DNA of 60,764 nucleotides, from assembly GCA_030141605.1 (NCBI GenBank), contig JAQGDQ010001126.1, positions 1 through 60,764 of the forward strand. Direction: 5' to 3'. Both the position numbers and the translations under genes were made by a program. Shown here in pieces: positions 25,001 through 35,169 of this stretch; positions within the stretch are counted from its first letter, which is position 1, and each line of letters begins with the position of its first letter. Below the pieces are notes generated by a model. The model saw only the letters and a list, made by a program, of their open reading frames with translations, was not told the origin of the DNA and made no database searches. This stretch comes from Tubiluchus corallicola (lineage: Eukaryota > Animalia > Priapulida).

Positions 25001-26161
25001 TAGGTCATGGCATACAGATATTGCTACACATATAATTCTGTTTGTTTTATAAAGTTTACGTACCAAGGTAAAATCCGTCCAAAAATATCCGTCCTGGGAC
25101 ATCAATAACTGTCCCATTTGACAACTGCACAGACTGAGCTCCGAGTCCAACGTCAGAACATTTCTCAAAAATATGTACCTAGATTAATATAAAATGTTAC
25201 TAGCCCACTTTTTTGCAACTTAACATTGTTTCGACATATTGTTTTAACTTAACATTGTTTCGACATATTGTTTCAACTTAACATTGTTTCGACATATTGT
25301 TTCAACTTAACATTGTTTCGACATATTGTTTTAACTTAACATTGTTTCACACTCGTTTTTCCAAAATTCTTTCATTGGTCCCAACCGGCAGATCTTTAAT
25401 GTGCAGGAGTGCAAAACTCCACCTTACAGGGTTCCACAGAATTTTAAAATAAATTTTCCTGACTTTCCCCTGACCAAATATTGATTTTCCATGACCAAGA
25501 TAAGCAGAAATTGAATTACCAGTATACATATTCACACATTCTTGTGTATGGACATTCGTACGTATACTGACATATAATGTATCGGCCAATAATTATTTTT
25601 GGAACAGAAATCAAAATTGGGAGCTTGTCACAGAAAAATTTTTTTGAACAGGAATCGCTACAAAATAGGTTTGGAAAAATATCGGCTAACAGTGATTATT
25701 TTTGCAACCCTTTCGAATTTCCCTTTCTTTTCTCTCCATTTTCATAATGATTCTCCTCGACTTATTAGCAAATTATCTTTTTCCCTGACTTTTCCATGAC
25801 TTTCCAGGATAGTCTGTATATTCAAGGATTTTCCAGGATTTTCCCTGATCGTGGGAACCCTAATCCTTTAAAACACAAGTTAAGTAAAAAAACACATTTT
25901 TTGGCAAAAACCTTCCGCAAGGGTTACAAAGATAAGCGCTTAGATATGGCTTTACCTACAAAAATTCTTGAGGAATTTATGCCAACAATTGCCATTTGAT
26001 ATTTCTTGTCATACAATCCTGCATATTTTTAAAATAAGGGTCAACTCTTTTACCTCGTGTCCATGGTAAGTGAGTAACCAAGCAGCACTTAGTCCAGCCA
26101 TGCCACTTCCCACAACTCCAATTTTCAATTTTCTTGCCGGTTTAGAAGCCATCCCAAGCAT
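4431..26161 (-). CDS. FAD-dependent oxidoreductase (COG2907 / flavin amine oxidase-like superfamily), ~522 aa, 13 coding exons, C-terminal TM anchor
   Basis: Hand-spliced complement(join 26054-26161, 25064-25178, 23756-23823, 20723-20890, 17614-17716, 16312-16454, 14229-14375, 11846-11941, 10976-11076, 10006-10112, 7534-7619, 5894-5991, 4431-4659) = 1569 nt. All introns are GT-AG with compatible phases and there are no internal stops. Motifs in the expected order: KIGVVGSGMAGLSAAW (GxGxxG Rossmann), VHIFEK, IDVPGR, EYLKQNHYSQDF, FDHVIFATQANQA, IVHMDERLMP, MCTIWEN, IFQTWNP, FERP, QGEDNIWFCGAYTLPGIPLLE. Confidence 0.9.
5894..5991 (-). CDS. oxidoreductase coding exon 12
   Basis: PGGRACFERPLLTINSEKNLKELSLLQGEDNI(W); phase 0-2. 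Confidence 0.9.
6195..7195 (+). repeat. 44-bp minisatellite, ~23 copies
   Basis: TTGACCAGGGAGTGGTAGTTTGACACGGATAAAGTCAATTACAT. Confidence 0.97.
7534..7619 (-). CDS. oxidoreductase coding exon 11
   Basis: (G)KCNGYHEGQINIFQTWNPCIEPDESKIL; phase 1-0, GTAAG donor. Confidence 0.9.
7985..8440 (-). mobile_element. RTE-like LINE 3' end
   Basis: ORF 8135..8428 contains KIKRRRLRWIGHMLRLP, typical of the RTE ORF2 C-terminus; (TAA)n-like tail at ~7985-8020. Confidence 0.75.
10006..10112 (-). CDS. oxidoreductase coding exon 10
   Basis: SALSCHDGKGEIMCTIWENKIRSMDFTKNRLLHQE; phase 2-1. CAGCAG tandem acceptor, so the start could be 10109. Confidence 0.86.
10228..10690 (+). repeat. compound microsatellite (TATAT)n-(ATTGT)n-(TACTG)n-(TACTA)n-(TA)n
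   Basis: Directly visible. Confidence 0.97.
10976..11076 (-). CDS. oxidoreductase coding exon 9
   Basis: RLMPCKKTNWAALNVFSKSTKTRQPKGQSEDTE; phase 0-2. Confidence 0.88.
11345..11777 (-). mobile_element. non-autonomous Helitron, two units head-to-tail
   Basis: Minus strand: A|TC start at 11777, CGCAAA..TTTGCG hairpin plus CTAG end at 11514, immediately followed by a new TCTATATATTAATTC start at 11513. Confidence 0.75.
11846..11941 (-). CDS. oxidoreductase coding exon 8
   Basis: ALEALPNISEKLQKILTNVSHVRSECIVHMDE; phase 0-0. Confidence 0.9.
12037..12597. mobile_element. MITE with GGCGGAT termini and internal ~151-bp direct duplication
   Basis: CAAGGGCGGATACAGG ... CCTAAATCCGCCACTG; 12040-12160 is repeated at 12191-12310. 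Confidence 0.5.
12933..13068 (+). repeat. (CAT)n/(CAC)n microsatellite
   Basis: Directly visible; explains the poly-H/I/M ORFs. Confidence 0.97.
13237..13560 (-). mobile_element. degenerate LINE ORF2 C-terminal remnant
   Basis: YICGSMPANYLIDSRKLNF, preceded by VKWNTAHRKIF-like sequence. Confidence 0.5.
14229..14375 (-). CDS. oxidoreductase coding exon 7
   Basis: KVARLHTGVSVLSVRSTVTPQKYLGVVVHAEGYQPEHFDHVIFATQANQ; phase 0-0. Confidence 0.92.
15436..16239. mobile_element. two hAT MITE family A copies fused head-to-head (palindrome)
   Basis: 15436-~15901 is in minus orientation and ~15902-16239 in plus orientation. Both outer ends are the same TIR (CAGGGGTGTGCAAATTGC). Flanking 8-mers differ (CTCTAAGC / TTTTAAAC). 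Confidence 0.85.
16312..16454 (-). CDS. oxidoreductase coding exon 6
   Basis: VVATSSVTMARNYPVVPVMEYLDKMLFTRRTFKHLKQGTKHTSRLLTQ; phase 1-0, GTAAGT donor. Confidence 0.88.
17614..17716 (-). CDS. oxidoreductase coding exon 5
   Basis: VLRTSLSQTTMQEYLKQNHYSQDFIEGFIVPTFT; phase 0-1. Confidence 0.9.
18812..19200 (-). repeat. same LINE-like 3' end with ~2 units of the 92-bp repeat
   Basis: Reverse complement of 54820-55580 with fewer units; (CAAT)n tail. Confidence 0.75.
19266..19823 (+). mobile_element. non-LTR retrotransposon ORF2 remnant (RT motif and C-terminus, internally deleted)
   Basis: FLDSSKAFDRVN RT motif, then an abrupt jump to LFNSYCNSFYG..W..KLKVAHN C-terminal sequence. Confidence 0.8.
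19925..20345 (+). mobile_element. Helitron family internal-to-3' fragment
   Basis: Matches 54380-54550; ends with a hairpin and CTAG|T at 20342-20346. Confidence 0.75.
20723..20890 (-). CDS. oxidoreductase coding exon 4
   Basis: IFNEQAHFHTRNVLIGKWALAYISPLMFWQGGFRLLHILWDCIRMKLAIRRTLHNE; lies within ORF 20711..20917; phase 0-0. Confidence 0.85.
21051..21872 (+). repeat. 91-bp minisatellite, ~9 copies
   Basis: Unit CTTGGTTCGTTGTGTAGCAAGCAC...GAAGTACAGTAGACGCTG. Confidence 0.96.
21858..22619. mobile_element. Tc1/pogo-like MITE
   Basis: TA-CAGTAGACACTGCTTAATAGAC ... GTCTATTAAGCGGCACCTACTG-TA; diverged relative at ~41461-42137. Confidence 0.8.
23701..23734 (-). pseudogene. tRNA-Phe-like 3' half fragment
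   Basis: CTAAAGGTCCTTGGTTCAGTCCCGGGTTTCAGCA resembles the 3' half of eukaryotic tRNA-Phe; no 5' half. Confidence 0.5.
23756..23823 (-). CDS. oxidoreductase coding exon 3
   Basis: (E)MLRMFEEAGVEVETVNAEPSYQ; phase 1-0. Confidence 0.85.
24297..24985. mobile_element. Tigger-like MITE family E (reverse copy)
   Basis: AAGTCCTCGCTTAACGACTCCCCG end matches the reverse complement of 4380-4405. Confidence 0.65.
25064..25178 (-). CDS. oxidoreductase coding exon 2
   Basis: VHIFEKCSDVGLGAQSVQLSNGTVIDVPGRIFLDGFYL; AG/GT flanks, phase 0-1. Confidence 0.9.
25217..25348 (+). repeat. 29-bp tandem repeat, ~4.5 copies
   Basis: ACTTAACATTGTTTCGACATATTGTTT(C/T)A. Confidence 0.92.
25427..25862. mobile_element. 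hAT-like MITE
   Basis: TIR CAGGGTTCCAC / GTGGGAACCCT; subterminal TTTCCCTGAC repeats; TSD not clean. Confidence 0.6.
26054..26161 (-). CDS. oxidoreductase coding exon 1
   Basis: MLGMASKPARKLKIGVVGSGMAGLSAAWLLTYHGHE. In-frame TGA two codons upstream of the ATG; alternative ATG at 26152; GT donor at 26053. Confidence 0.88.
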
Positions 26162-27463
26162 GAATCAACTTTCTTTTCAAACTAATGTCAGTATCCGGGT
26201 CTGAAATTATATTATTAAAATTCAGTTTAATCGACAACATTACACACGAGTGTCTAAAATTTGTACATACTTTTTACCATCACATTATGTGTTACATTTT
26301 TTTGTATTTATTATTATTATCATCACATTTTGTACAATATAATGACATTAAGCACACAGTGACATCAAAATTATTACATCATACTTTATTAAATTGTTAT
26401 GTTTCATACACTATTGTTATCATGAGAGAATAATTGTACTGCAGTGGACTAGAGAAGCAAAGGCTTGTATAAGCCCACTGTCATGTGAACCCGATAAAAA
26501 AAGAATGGATGAGTGAACAAAAAAAGAACTGGGAGAAAGGTTAGATCACACAGGAAGGGTAGTAGGATGTGTTAGTGGAAATGGTGGGAAGAAAGATAAT
26601 AGATTGTGCTATGTTGTTGAATGAGACTCATTTTTCACCACCAGTTGAAATTACTTTGAATAGATATGAATGGGCATTGCTAACATAATATCATTTCTCT
26701 TGAAGCAACATTAGTCTTTTGACCCCCAGAAATATGCTTAACAACAGTGTAATCTTAAACATTTAAAACCAATGGAAGCATATTTTTATAGAAACATAAT
26801 ACACGTCCAGAATCTGTTTTCTCATACAGCACTAACAATCTCAATTACGACAATTAGGTAAGATCGTGGCAGAATGATTACAAATATCAAAATCACCAAC
26901 AGCACATACAGTCCTTATGACAGTTTTCTTGTACAAAACTACAAACAGTAAAGAAACAGTTTAACTAAAAACCTCATAGTCTTTTTTTAGCTGCAGAACC
27001 ATCGACAATAACATCAATTTTACATTTGTCTAAACTTTGAATATTTGATTTTATAATACAAATAAAACTTACATTTTCATTCGAATTTTAAATTAAATTT
27101 CACTTCATAGACTCACAAAAACCACTGTACAGTGTGCACACAAAGCTGTTATGTTATGGGTGGTACATTATGACCATTTTACAACGTAGAACGTATTGGT
27201 ATCAAAGTCCAGTAATAATGTAAACTGAACAATCTAGACAGCAGGTCACATGCATTGCTACAACTTGCACTTATTCTTATTAAACGAAAGAAAAACTCAC
27301 TCAGCATGTTGAGTTTATTTTACTGTTATCACTTGAACTTAGAAAAATATAACAAAGAAATTCGCAAAAACTCTCTATAAACCTTAAAGATAATTTATAC
27401 TACAGCTGAATAGAAATTTTCAGGTGTGGTGGTAGCCGCATTTCGCTTGAAAATTATGAGAAT

Positions 27464-28010
27464 GGTTGGCATCCTTCTGTCTCGGAAGACAATGGAGTGT
27501 GCGCAAAGAGAGTCAGTTATTGATCACATTGATGGAGCTGCAGCGTCGACTGTGGCTATCCTTGAACCACTGGAATGGCCTCTCTAGGGCGCACACCTGG
27601 GCAAGGTGTATGGAGATCCTGAGTTGCCCAGACAACAGAAACCCCCTCTCTTCCTCCCTGGTGTAGTCCAAAGGAAAGCGGTGCGATACGTTTGGCACCA
27701 GGTTGGCTGCAGGAGCTGCCAGAGTCAGTGAGCATGCTGCACTGGTCCGCCTTCGGGGCTCCACTCCTGATTTGGAAGGTTTACTCCTCTACACGCGGCC
27801 GTTGAGTCACTTGACCTCCTCCGCCCTCTAGCCGTTGGCTGCTTGTGCAGCTCCTCCGCCTAGTGAGTGTCGAGATACAGTGTGGGCATCCCGCAAGCCT
27901 ACAGCACCTGGTATTTCTAGGCGGTCACCCATCCAAGTACTAACCAGGCTCTACGTTGCTTAACTTCAGTGATCAGACGATAACCAGTGTTTTCAACGTG
28001 ATTTGGCCGT
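27464..28010 (-). mobile_element. 5S rRNA-derived SINE (SINE3), copy 1
   Basis: Near full-length 5S head at 27896-28010 (CTGGTTAGTACTTGGATGGGTGACCGCC...GGTGCTGTAGGCTT) plus ~430-bp body; flanks share ATTATGAGAAT. Confidence 0.85.
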
Positions 28011-28670
28011 ACTTATTATGATTATGAGATGATTATGAGAATAATGCCAACGTTTCTTCCAAATTTATTGATCTGCTAACCAACATGTAACAAAATTAAC
28101 ATTTTTCTAGCCTGTATATTGTAACTAAGTTAGCTATGATGATCTCTGAGTTCTTATATCTTGAAAACTTTTGTTAATGTTGCATTACTAATCAATAATT
28201 AATAGTCAATAAACTCTAGAAGAGTTTTGCACACTCTCATCCTTGTGCCCGAGGACAATTGCACCCCTTTGCTACGTGTCTGCACATACCGAAGTAGCAT
28301 TAATCGCCACTGGCCAGTGGTCAAGACCCAACAAGCCCAAAACAACAGCATGTTATACCATCTGGTATAGCTGCGCTGCTGCAGTATAAAAGCGCATATT
28401 AACAGGCCTAATTAAACATTGAGAAATCAGATGCAGGTAAATTCAATGGTGTGCTGCTAAATTATTTTAAGAATGAGTTTAAAAGGGCAGGAATGAATAG
28501 TGAACGGAAATTTATGAAAACAACAGCCTACAAATTTGTCAACAGGCCTGCAACAGCAATATGCCATTAAATGAATATACATATAGCCACCCTTGCAAGA
28601 TGCCAGAACAATCTGTACATATCGGCTTATAGACCAAGCTACTAACATTGTTGCCAATGGCTGCTTTTAA

Positions 28671-29139
28671 AGGAAACACCAAGCATTCTAGGATGTCAGG
28701 ATTATTTCAGTGTTCGCAAAAAAATGTTAGGATTTAGAAATAAAACTGCAATAAGCGCCTCGTGTAATTAGTAAAATCACTTTAAAGTCGCAATCACTTC
28801 ATGCTTGGATGCTCCCATTTAAATGCCCTTTCTTCTTCCAACGACGTCATTCGTGACTAATTTTGCAATATCTTTGCATAAATGCAGAAATTTTAATTAC
28901 TATAAGCAGCGCGCACTTACGGAAAGCCGTGACGCACTCACAAAAAGTCAAGAAGTCTCCCAGTTACGTCATAATTTTCAAGTGAATGGCGGCAACCACC
29001 ACGCCTGAAAATTTTTATTGAGAGGCAGTATATTTTAACTTTATAGACATTTCTTTGCAAATTTCTTTTTCATACTTTTCTAAGCTTAAGTGAAAACAAA
29101 AAAATAAACAAACAACATCCGAGTGACTTGTTCTTTCCT
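28671..29139. mobile_element. Kolobok-like MITE
   Basis: TTAA-AGGAAA...TTTCCT-TTAA with imperfect TIRs; similar ends at 22658-23135, ~15316 and ~41262. Confidence 0.55.
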
Positions 29140-32100
29140 TTAAGGCAGCAAAACTGGCCGAGAAAATTATGGATTCTGCCAGATCATTAAAAATAGAAGA
29201 AACAAAATACTAATCTGGGCAAATTTTACAATGAAAAATACACTGCTATAAAAAAACAGTTGATGAGATTATTTTTATATCAGAATTCCAAAGATGGTGC
29301 AATTCTCTTCAATGCACCATAAAATGCTCCCTGAATAGTAGAACTCTTCTTACATACATTGCAGTAACCAACGACTATAGTTCAAATTTCGACACTCTAA
29401 GCAAATAGATCGGAATTTATAAGTTTATAAATTTATTTATTTCCACTCTGCATCTAACAGTTATAATAAAAATACAGATGATTTCACTGAAGTAAATATA
29501 AATATAAATGCAATATTATCCAGAAATTACAAAAGAGATTCTTATGCAGCATATACATGTGCAAATTACATTACAGAGTAATTTTGATGCATACAGTTTG
29601 AGCCTAAAAGCATAGCTTGACAGGCCAAACTGTACGTGGAAATCTTAAAGAAGTGATTAATAATTGAAATAATGATAATATATACATAAAAGTGGGGGGG
29701 GGGTAGTGAATGAAAGATGAAATGGAGCGAGAACTAAGAAAAACTGTGATCATGATTATAAAGTGTTCAGTAACAATTAGCACTCTAGGTTTGAAATGAG
29801 AATTGTGGCTGAACAATCTCTTCAGGGGGAGACACTAACATAAAAAGGTGTATGCTTCATTGCTTGTTGGGAAGATCTTTACTTACCTGGGAGCAGTTTT
29901 CCATTGTGTTCACTGATGTATAGAACACACTTAATAGTGAACAATTAGACCAGTATCACTTTTGTGGAAAGCCGCACACAGTTCCAGAGAAATATCACTA
30001 CCTCTATGTCTAGACCAACTCTTGTTTCATTTGAGTAGACAAAGATGTCGTGTGTGAACACACCCTAAGTATGATGATGCCTACAAATGAATTCATCAAA
30101 ACAGACAGTGATTTAAAATAAATATGTTTAAAAAAATAGAAGGAAATATGAATTGGAATTATTTTTTTGTATCATTAATTAATTAATTCGTAATTGGGTC
30201 TTAAAGTCGAGCAGTCGTAAGTCACACAGGTCATACGTTGACGACTTAGTACTGCATTAACTTAAACGCAATCAAATATAATACTAATTTATTGGTACTT
30301 ACGACTAATACTTGTAGTAGTGGTACTAAACTACTAGTACTACTACTACTAGATAGTAGCACTAGCAGTGCTACACATTTATTTCTACCAGATTCATCAT
30401 CGATGTGTCTATTAATAATACCCAAGATCTTGTCAGCTTTTTTGAATGGTGCAAGATATCGAATCAAAAACATCAGGTCCGATATTATTAGAATACAAAG
30501 ACGTATCTTATCTAAATTGTATTACTAATACTATAACCTAGAGGCTAGACTTACCAAGGACTGAATCGTTATATTAATCAAGTGCTACAACATTGCTATG
30601 GCACTGGTTTGTCAGCACACAATCTTTATCGTCCGATATCTGTAACGTTTAAAAGGGGGGAACATAGATATAGGTCAAGTGTAAGTAGACATATAGACCC
30701 AAAATCAAAATTTACCTAAAAAAACAAACAAAAATGTTTCCAGGTGCTTAGCAATATGAAGCATCGTTGAATTTGTTACTAGTTTGCAATGTTCTTTTCC
30801 TCGCGACCATCTCCTGGGCTGCTTGGAACCGTATAGTAATACTCGGCGATGACTATAATTATTTTCACAACATCCTGCCAATTCTAGCAAACATGTTATT
30901 ACGGCTTCCCCAAAAACGAGGGCAACCACAGGACTATTGCTTTCGTCTGTCTGCAGGCCTGCCTATCTGCCTGAATCACAACTTGTGTTAGTTTTTTAAG
31001 GGTGAACATCATCGACCAGAAAGCGATTTCTAATCAAACCGAGTTACGAGATTTCGAATCAGAATTCAGTATTTTTCAAACAAATTTTCGAATCATTAAT
31101 TAACAAAAAGAGTTTCACAAAGACCACGCGTGTTACTCGATTTCCTTATACTTCAGTTCGTTTAAAAATTGTGCTCAGAAATTGCAGCTAAATTGCTCTG
31201 ATTGCATGATGTATCAAATGCTTTAATGATAAAGAGTGTTATAAATGAATGATACAATATTTAACTGTGATTTTTGTATCAGTATACTATATACCTTAAT
31301 ATTTGCCTATAAAAATAACTTTGCATAGAACCTATTATGAATTTTATTTTACCTAGTATTTCACATGTATATTATATTGCTGTGCCAATGTTGTTGTTGT
31401 TGTTGTTCGTCCTTCATAGTCGAAGAGGACCATGACTTCATTCTGACATCGTAGGATTGGTACGGAGGTGGCTTATAAGCCCGATTCTTGCCAATTATTT
31501 GCTAATGTACATTGTACGTATTTGTGCAAATAAAATTAAATTGAAATTGAACGGGAATGCTTACACGTGGTGTAAAAAACCAGCAGATTTAAATTTTAAA
31601 GTTCCTTTGTGCTTAAAATAATGTAGAAGTTGAAAATTAGATGATCTTTGTAATAGTGAGCAGGTGCAGCTGGCTCGAAGCACAAATCTGACACGCGTCA
31701 TCATTTGGCGCCTCGCGCACAATCGCAAAGAGGACATCTGACAGGAGACTTTTTCGCCAGTTTTGCACGTGTTAATCGACATTTTAATGCGTTTTTCATT
31801 TTTCCTTTTTTACTATCCGACTACTTATCTTTTTTAAGTTACCATCCAATGATTTACTTCTTTGTTTCATGTGCATGTATCTACCGGCTTTCTGGAAATA
31901 GGGTAGTTTCTATGACAAATTGCCCTGGATAAAATTATGAAGGTGGTAAAATATGGCATTGTAGACAATTTATGGAATTCTTACCATATTGCTGCAAATG
32001 TGTTTGCCTCACATTAAAGTGGAGAATTATTTTCCACTCTGTTAAAAGTTCGAGACATGAAGAGATTTCACTTGTGATTCACTCGTTTTTGGTCAAGCTA

Positions 32101-33133
32101 ATGTAATGGTTTACTTTTTGTTACTTCCCAAATTGTGTTTGCTTGCATTTACGAATTTAACTCTCATATTATTTTATTCTTTATTTTTGTTTATTAAATT
32201 ATATTTATTTTCTTATTTTTATTCATTGACAATTGTTATTATTGTATTATTTTCTTTTTATTGTTTTTGTTACCAGCATCTTCACCTTTTTGCCATTTAA
32301 TTTTATTAAACCTGCCATTTGTGTGAAAGGGCTGGAGAGTAGATGACCTTTCGTATCCTCCTTGTCCTGCTGCTTGATTGTAAGTGATACAGGGGGAAAA
32401 TAAAATGATACAGGAAGAAGAAGATGAAATGTGACTTGCTAAGTGTGTACCAGGTCGTTGAACACCAAGAATCATGACGTAAAGGCCTTTTGACGAGGAT
32501 GATCAGGAATTTCTTTCCTTGGTATTGAGACGTTTCCGTAAAAAACAGTAATTTGCTGCTGCAATAATGACACAGGTATCAGCTTGTGCTCTATTTCTTC
32601 GATAAGAGAAACTGTAACTTTTTGGAAGAATTCTCTTGAGGTTGGTCTCGGAATTGGTAAATGTTTTTCCATCTTATAATATGTTTTACTGTCAACAAAT
32701 AGGTGGCGACTTCATTTTGTAATATAGGCTTACCATCTGTTTTTTTGCAGGCCTGGCTCCAGCACTTAATGAGAGCGGAATTTATTCATTAATGTGGGAT
32801 AATCGTTTAGATCGGATAATGGCGCGACAGATGTAGCTCAGCGGGAATTTAAAGGCTCTTTTCAAATACGGATATAAGGGCGTCTGGATCGGCCCCAGGA
32901 AAGCCATTGGATGGCCTTTAGTTTTGAATAAGTTTGCGTTTGCACAGGTAAAAATACCAAAAATTTGGTAAATGTGACGAATCTGATATGGGCTTATGTA
33001 TGTGTAAGATTGTTAAATTAAAAATCGCTGTGATAAAATCTTAATACTTATAATATTATAATATTACATTATATTACGATATTATATAATACAGTAATAT
33101 ACATGTATACACACACACATATATATATTTATT

Positions 33134-33675
33134 TTGTTGTTGGCATCCTTCTGTCTCGGAAGACAATGGAGTGTGCGCCAAGAGAGTCAGTTATTGATCA
33201 CATTGGAGCTGCAGCATCGACTGTGGCTGAGCAGTCCGATCCTTGCACATCTCCCGGGCGCACGCCTGGGCAAGGTGTATGGAGATCCTGAGTTGCCCAG
33301 ACAACAGGAACCCTCTCTCTTCCTCCGTGATGTAGTCCAAAGGAAAGCGGAGCGATACGTTTGGCACCAGGTTGGCTGCAGGAGCTGCCGGAGTCAGTGA
33401 GCATGCTGCACTGGTCCGTCTTCGGGGCTCCACTCCTGATTTGGAAAGTTTACTCCTCTACACATGGCCGTTGGGTCACTTGACCTCCTCCACCCTCTAG
33501 CCGTTGGCTGCTTGTGCAGCTCCTCCGCCTAGTGTCGAGATACAGTGTGGGCATCCCGCAAGCCTACAGCACCTGGTATTCCTAGGCGGTCACCCATCCA
33601 AGTACTAACCAGGTTCTATGTTGCTTAACTTCGGCAATCAGACGAGAACCGGTGTTTTCAGCGTGATATGGCCGT
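33134..33675 (-). mobile_element. 5S rRNA-derived SINE (SINE3), copy 2
   Basis: 5S head at 33561-33675, same body, (CAA)n tail, 12-bp TSD TATATATTTATT. Confidence 0.88.
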
Positions 33676-35012
33676 TATATATTTATTACAATTACAATAA
33701 TATTACAATAAAGCCTACGTTTGTGTGGTTGATATTTGATACCTGGAAGCCACTAGTTCAATTCCTGGTCAAGAAAGATTTTTCATTATTTTTTATGCTT
33801 GTGAGGTGTCCAAGTACGTGATATTTCCCTGCCTTGGTGAAATGTGAGCAGGAAGTTCTACTTGAGAAAGTGACAATAGTCATTTTACAGTTTGCAGGAG
33901 TGCTTTACAGTGCAGCTTTATCCTGAGTAGAAAACTGATTTTCCTTTAAAGAACTAGATTTAAACAGTTTTTATAGTGCTAGATAAAAAGTAGACATCTG
34001 TTTGGAAGGAAGTTTTTAAACTCTTATTTTGAACCAATTTATACAGGAAAATGTTTGTCTAAATTTAAAACACAACATTGTTAATAAAAGCTCTAAGAAC
34101 ATAAAACTATAAAAAAAGTGTTCCGGACATTTCAACTACATTACAATGTTAATCTTAAGCGAGTGACTATGTTAGACATCAACCAGTTTATTTAGGCAGT
34201 TTATTAATTTAGTGTCTACAGTTGCAGTAGCTGTAAACAGTCTAATTACATTTTTTGCTCTTCTCTTAAATTTTGTTTATATTTTTAACTTCAACCTGGA
34301 TTTTTTTTTGTTCAAGTTGACCTGCTGTTGTTTTAAAGTTTAAAATTTGCCCAAAATGTTTTCTGTAAGCGTAGACCTTGACCTGGAGATTTAAAAGTTC
34401 ATCCTGTCTTGCTTATATACTTTCATTTATGAGTTACAATAGCAACGTTTTTGTTTATACAGTCATTATGAAACGCTTGTAAGTACTGTTATTACAGGGA
34501 AGATCATTGTCAACATTTCCTGGATGAGCAACTACCTGTTTTGCTGGGATTTCTCTGTGCTTCCTTGTCCTGATTCCTTTCCTGGTTGTCTTGGTTAGGG
34601 AACTTCCTGCCTACTGTTACAGTGATACTTACAAGTGCCCTTTCACCTCAAAACAGAGCTGCATGCTAAGATGTGTTGGAGTTTCCTTAATTTCAGCTTG
34701 TTGTTGTTTCAGAATGAATTCACAACGTGGTTATTAATACGGCTTGATTATCACATGTGACATCATTGACATTAATAAGCTTCAGAAGGTTTAAGCATGT
34801 TATTCGTAACTTGAGTGCTTACAAGTGGCAAACTAACTACAAAAGCAAAAGTATTTGTTGAGTTAATCATTTATCCGAAGTTACTAAGCGCATAGAGGTC
34901 GCTTGCTATGATTGTGGTACGCCGTTTCTAAAGTATGTGATTTGTCGATCAATGCCACCTATCAGTGAGAAGACACTTTGCCTTAGTTCTTAAAGTATTT
35001 CTTCTTTTTGAC

Positions 35013-35169
35013 ATGGAGGATGAACAGCTCGTGACGCTTTTGCTGTCGCTGGCTGTTTCCATGACAATGGCACAAGCACGGCAAGTAATGGCAGCCGATT
35101 TGCCCACGTTTCACGCGAACGCAAGTTTGCACAATGTCTTGGTAACGGAGAATGATGACCTGATACTGG
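35013..35169 (+). CDS. MET-like exon 1 (signal peptide)
   Basis: MEDEQLVTLLLSLAVSMTMAQARQVMAADLPTFHANASLHNVLVTENDDLIL(G); GTGAG donor at 35170. Confidence 0.8.

Noticed and set aside
27896-33675. Functional 5S rRNA genes
   Set aside because: Both copies lack the first few nucleotides and the T-run terminator, carry substitutions, and sit in TSD-flanked SINE units.
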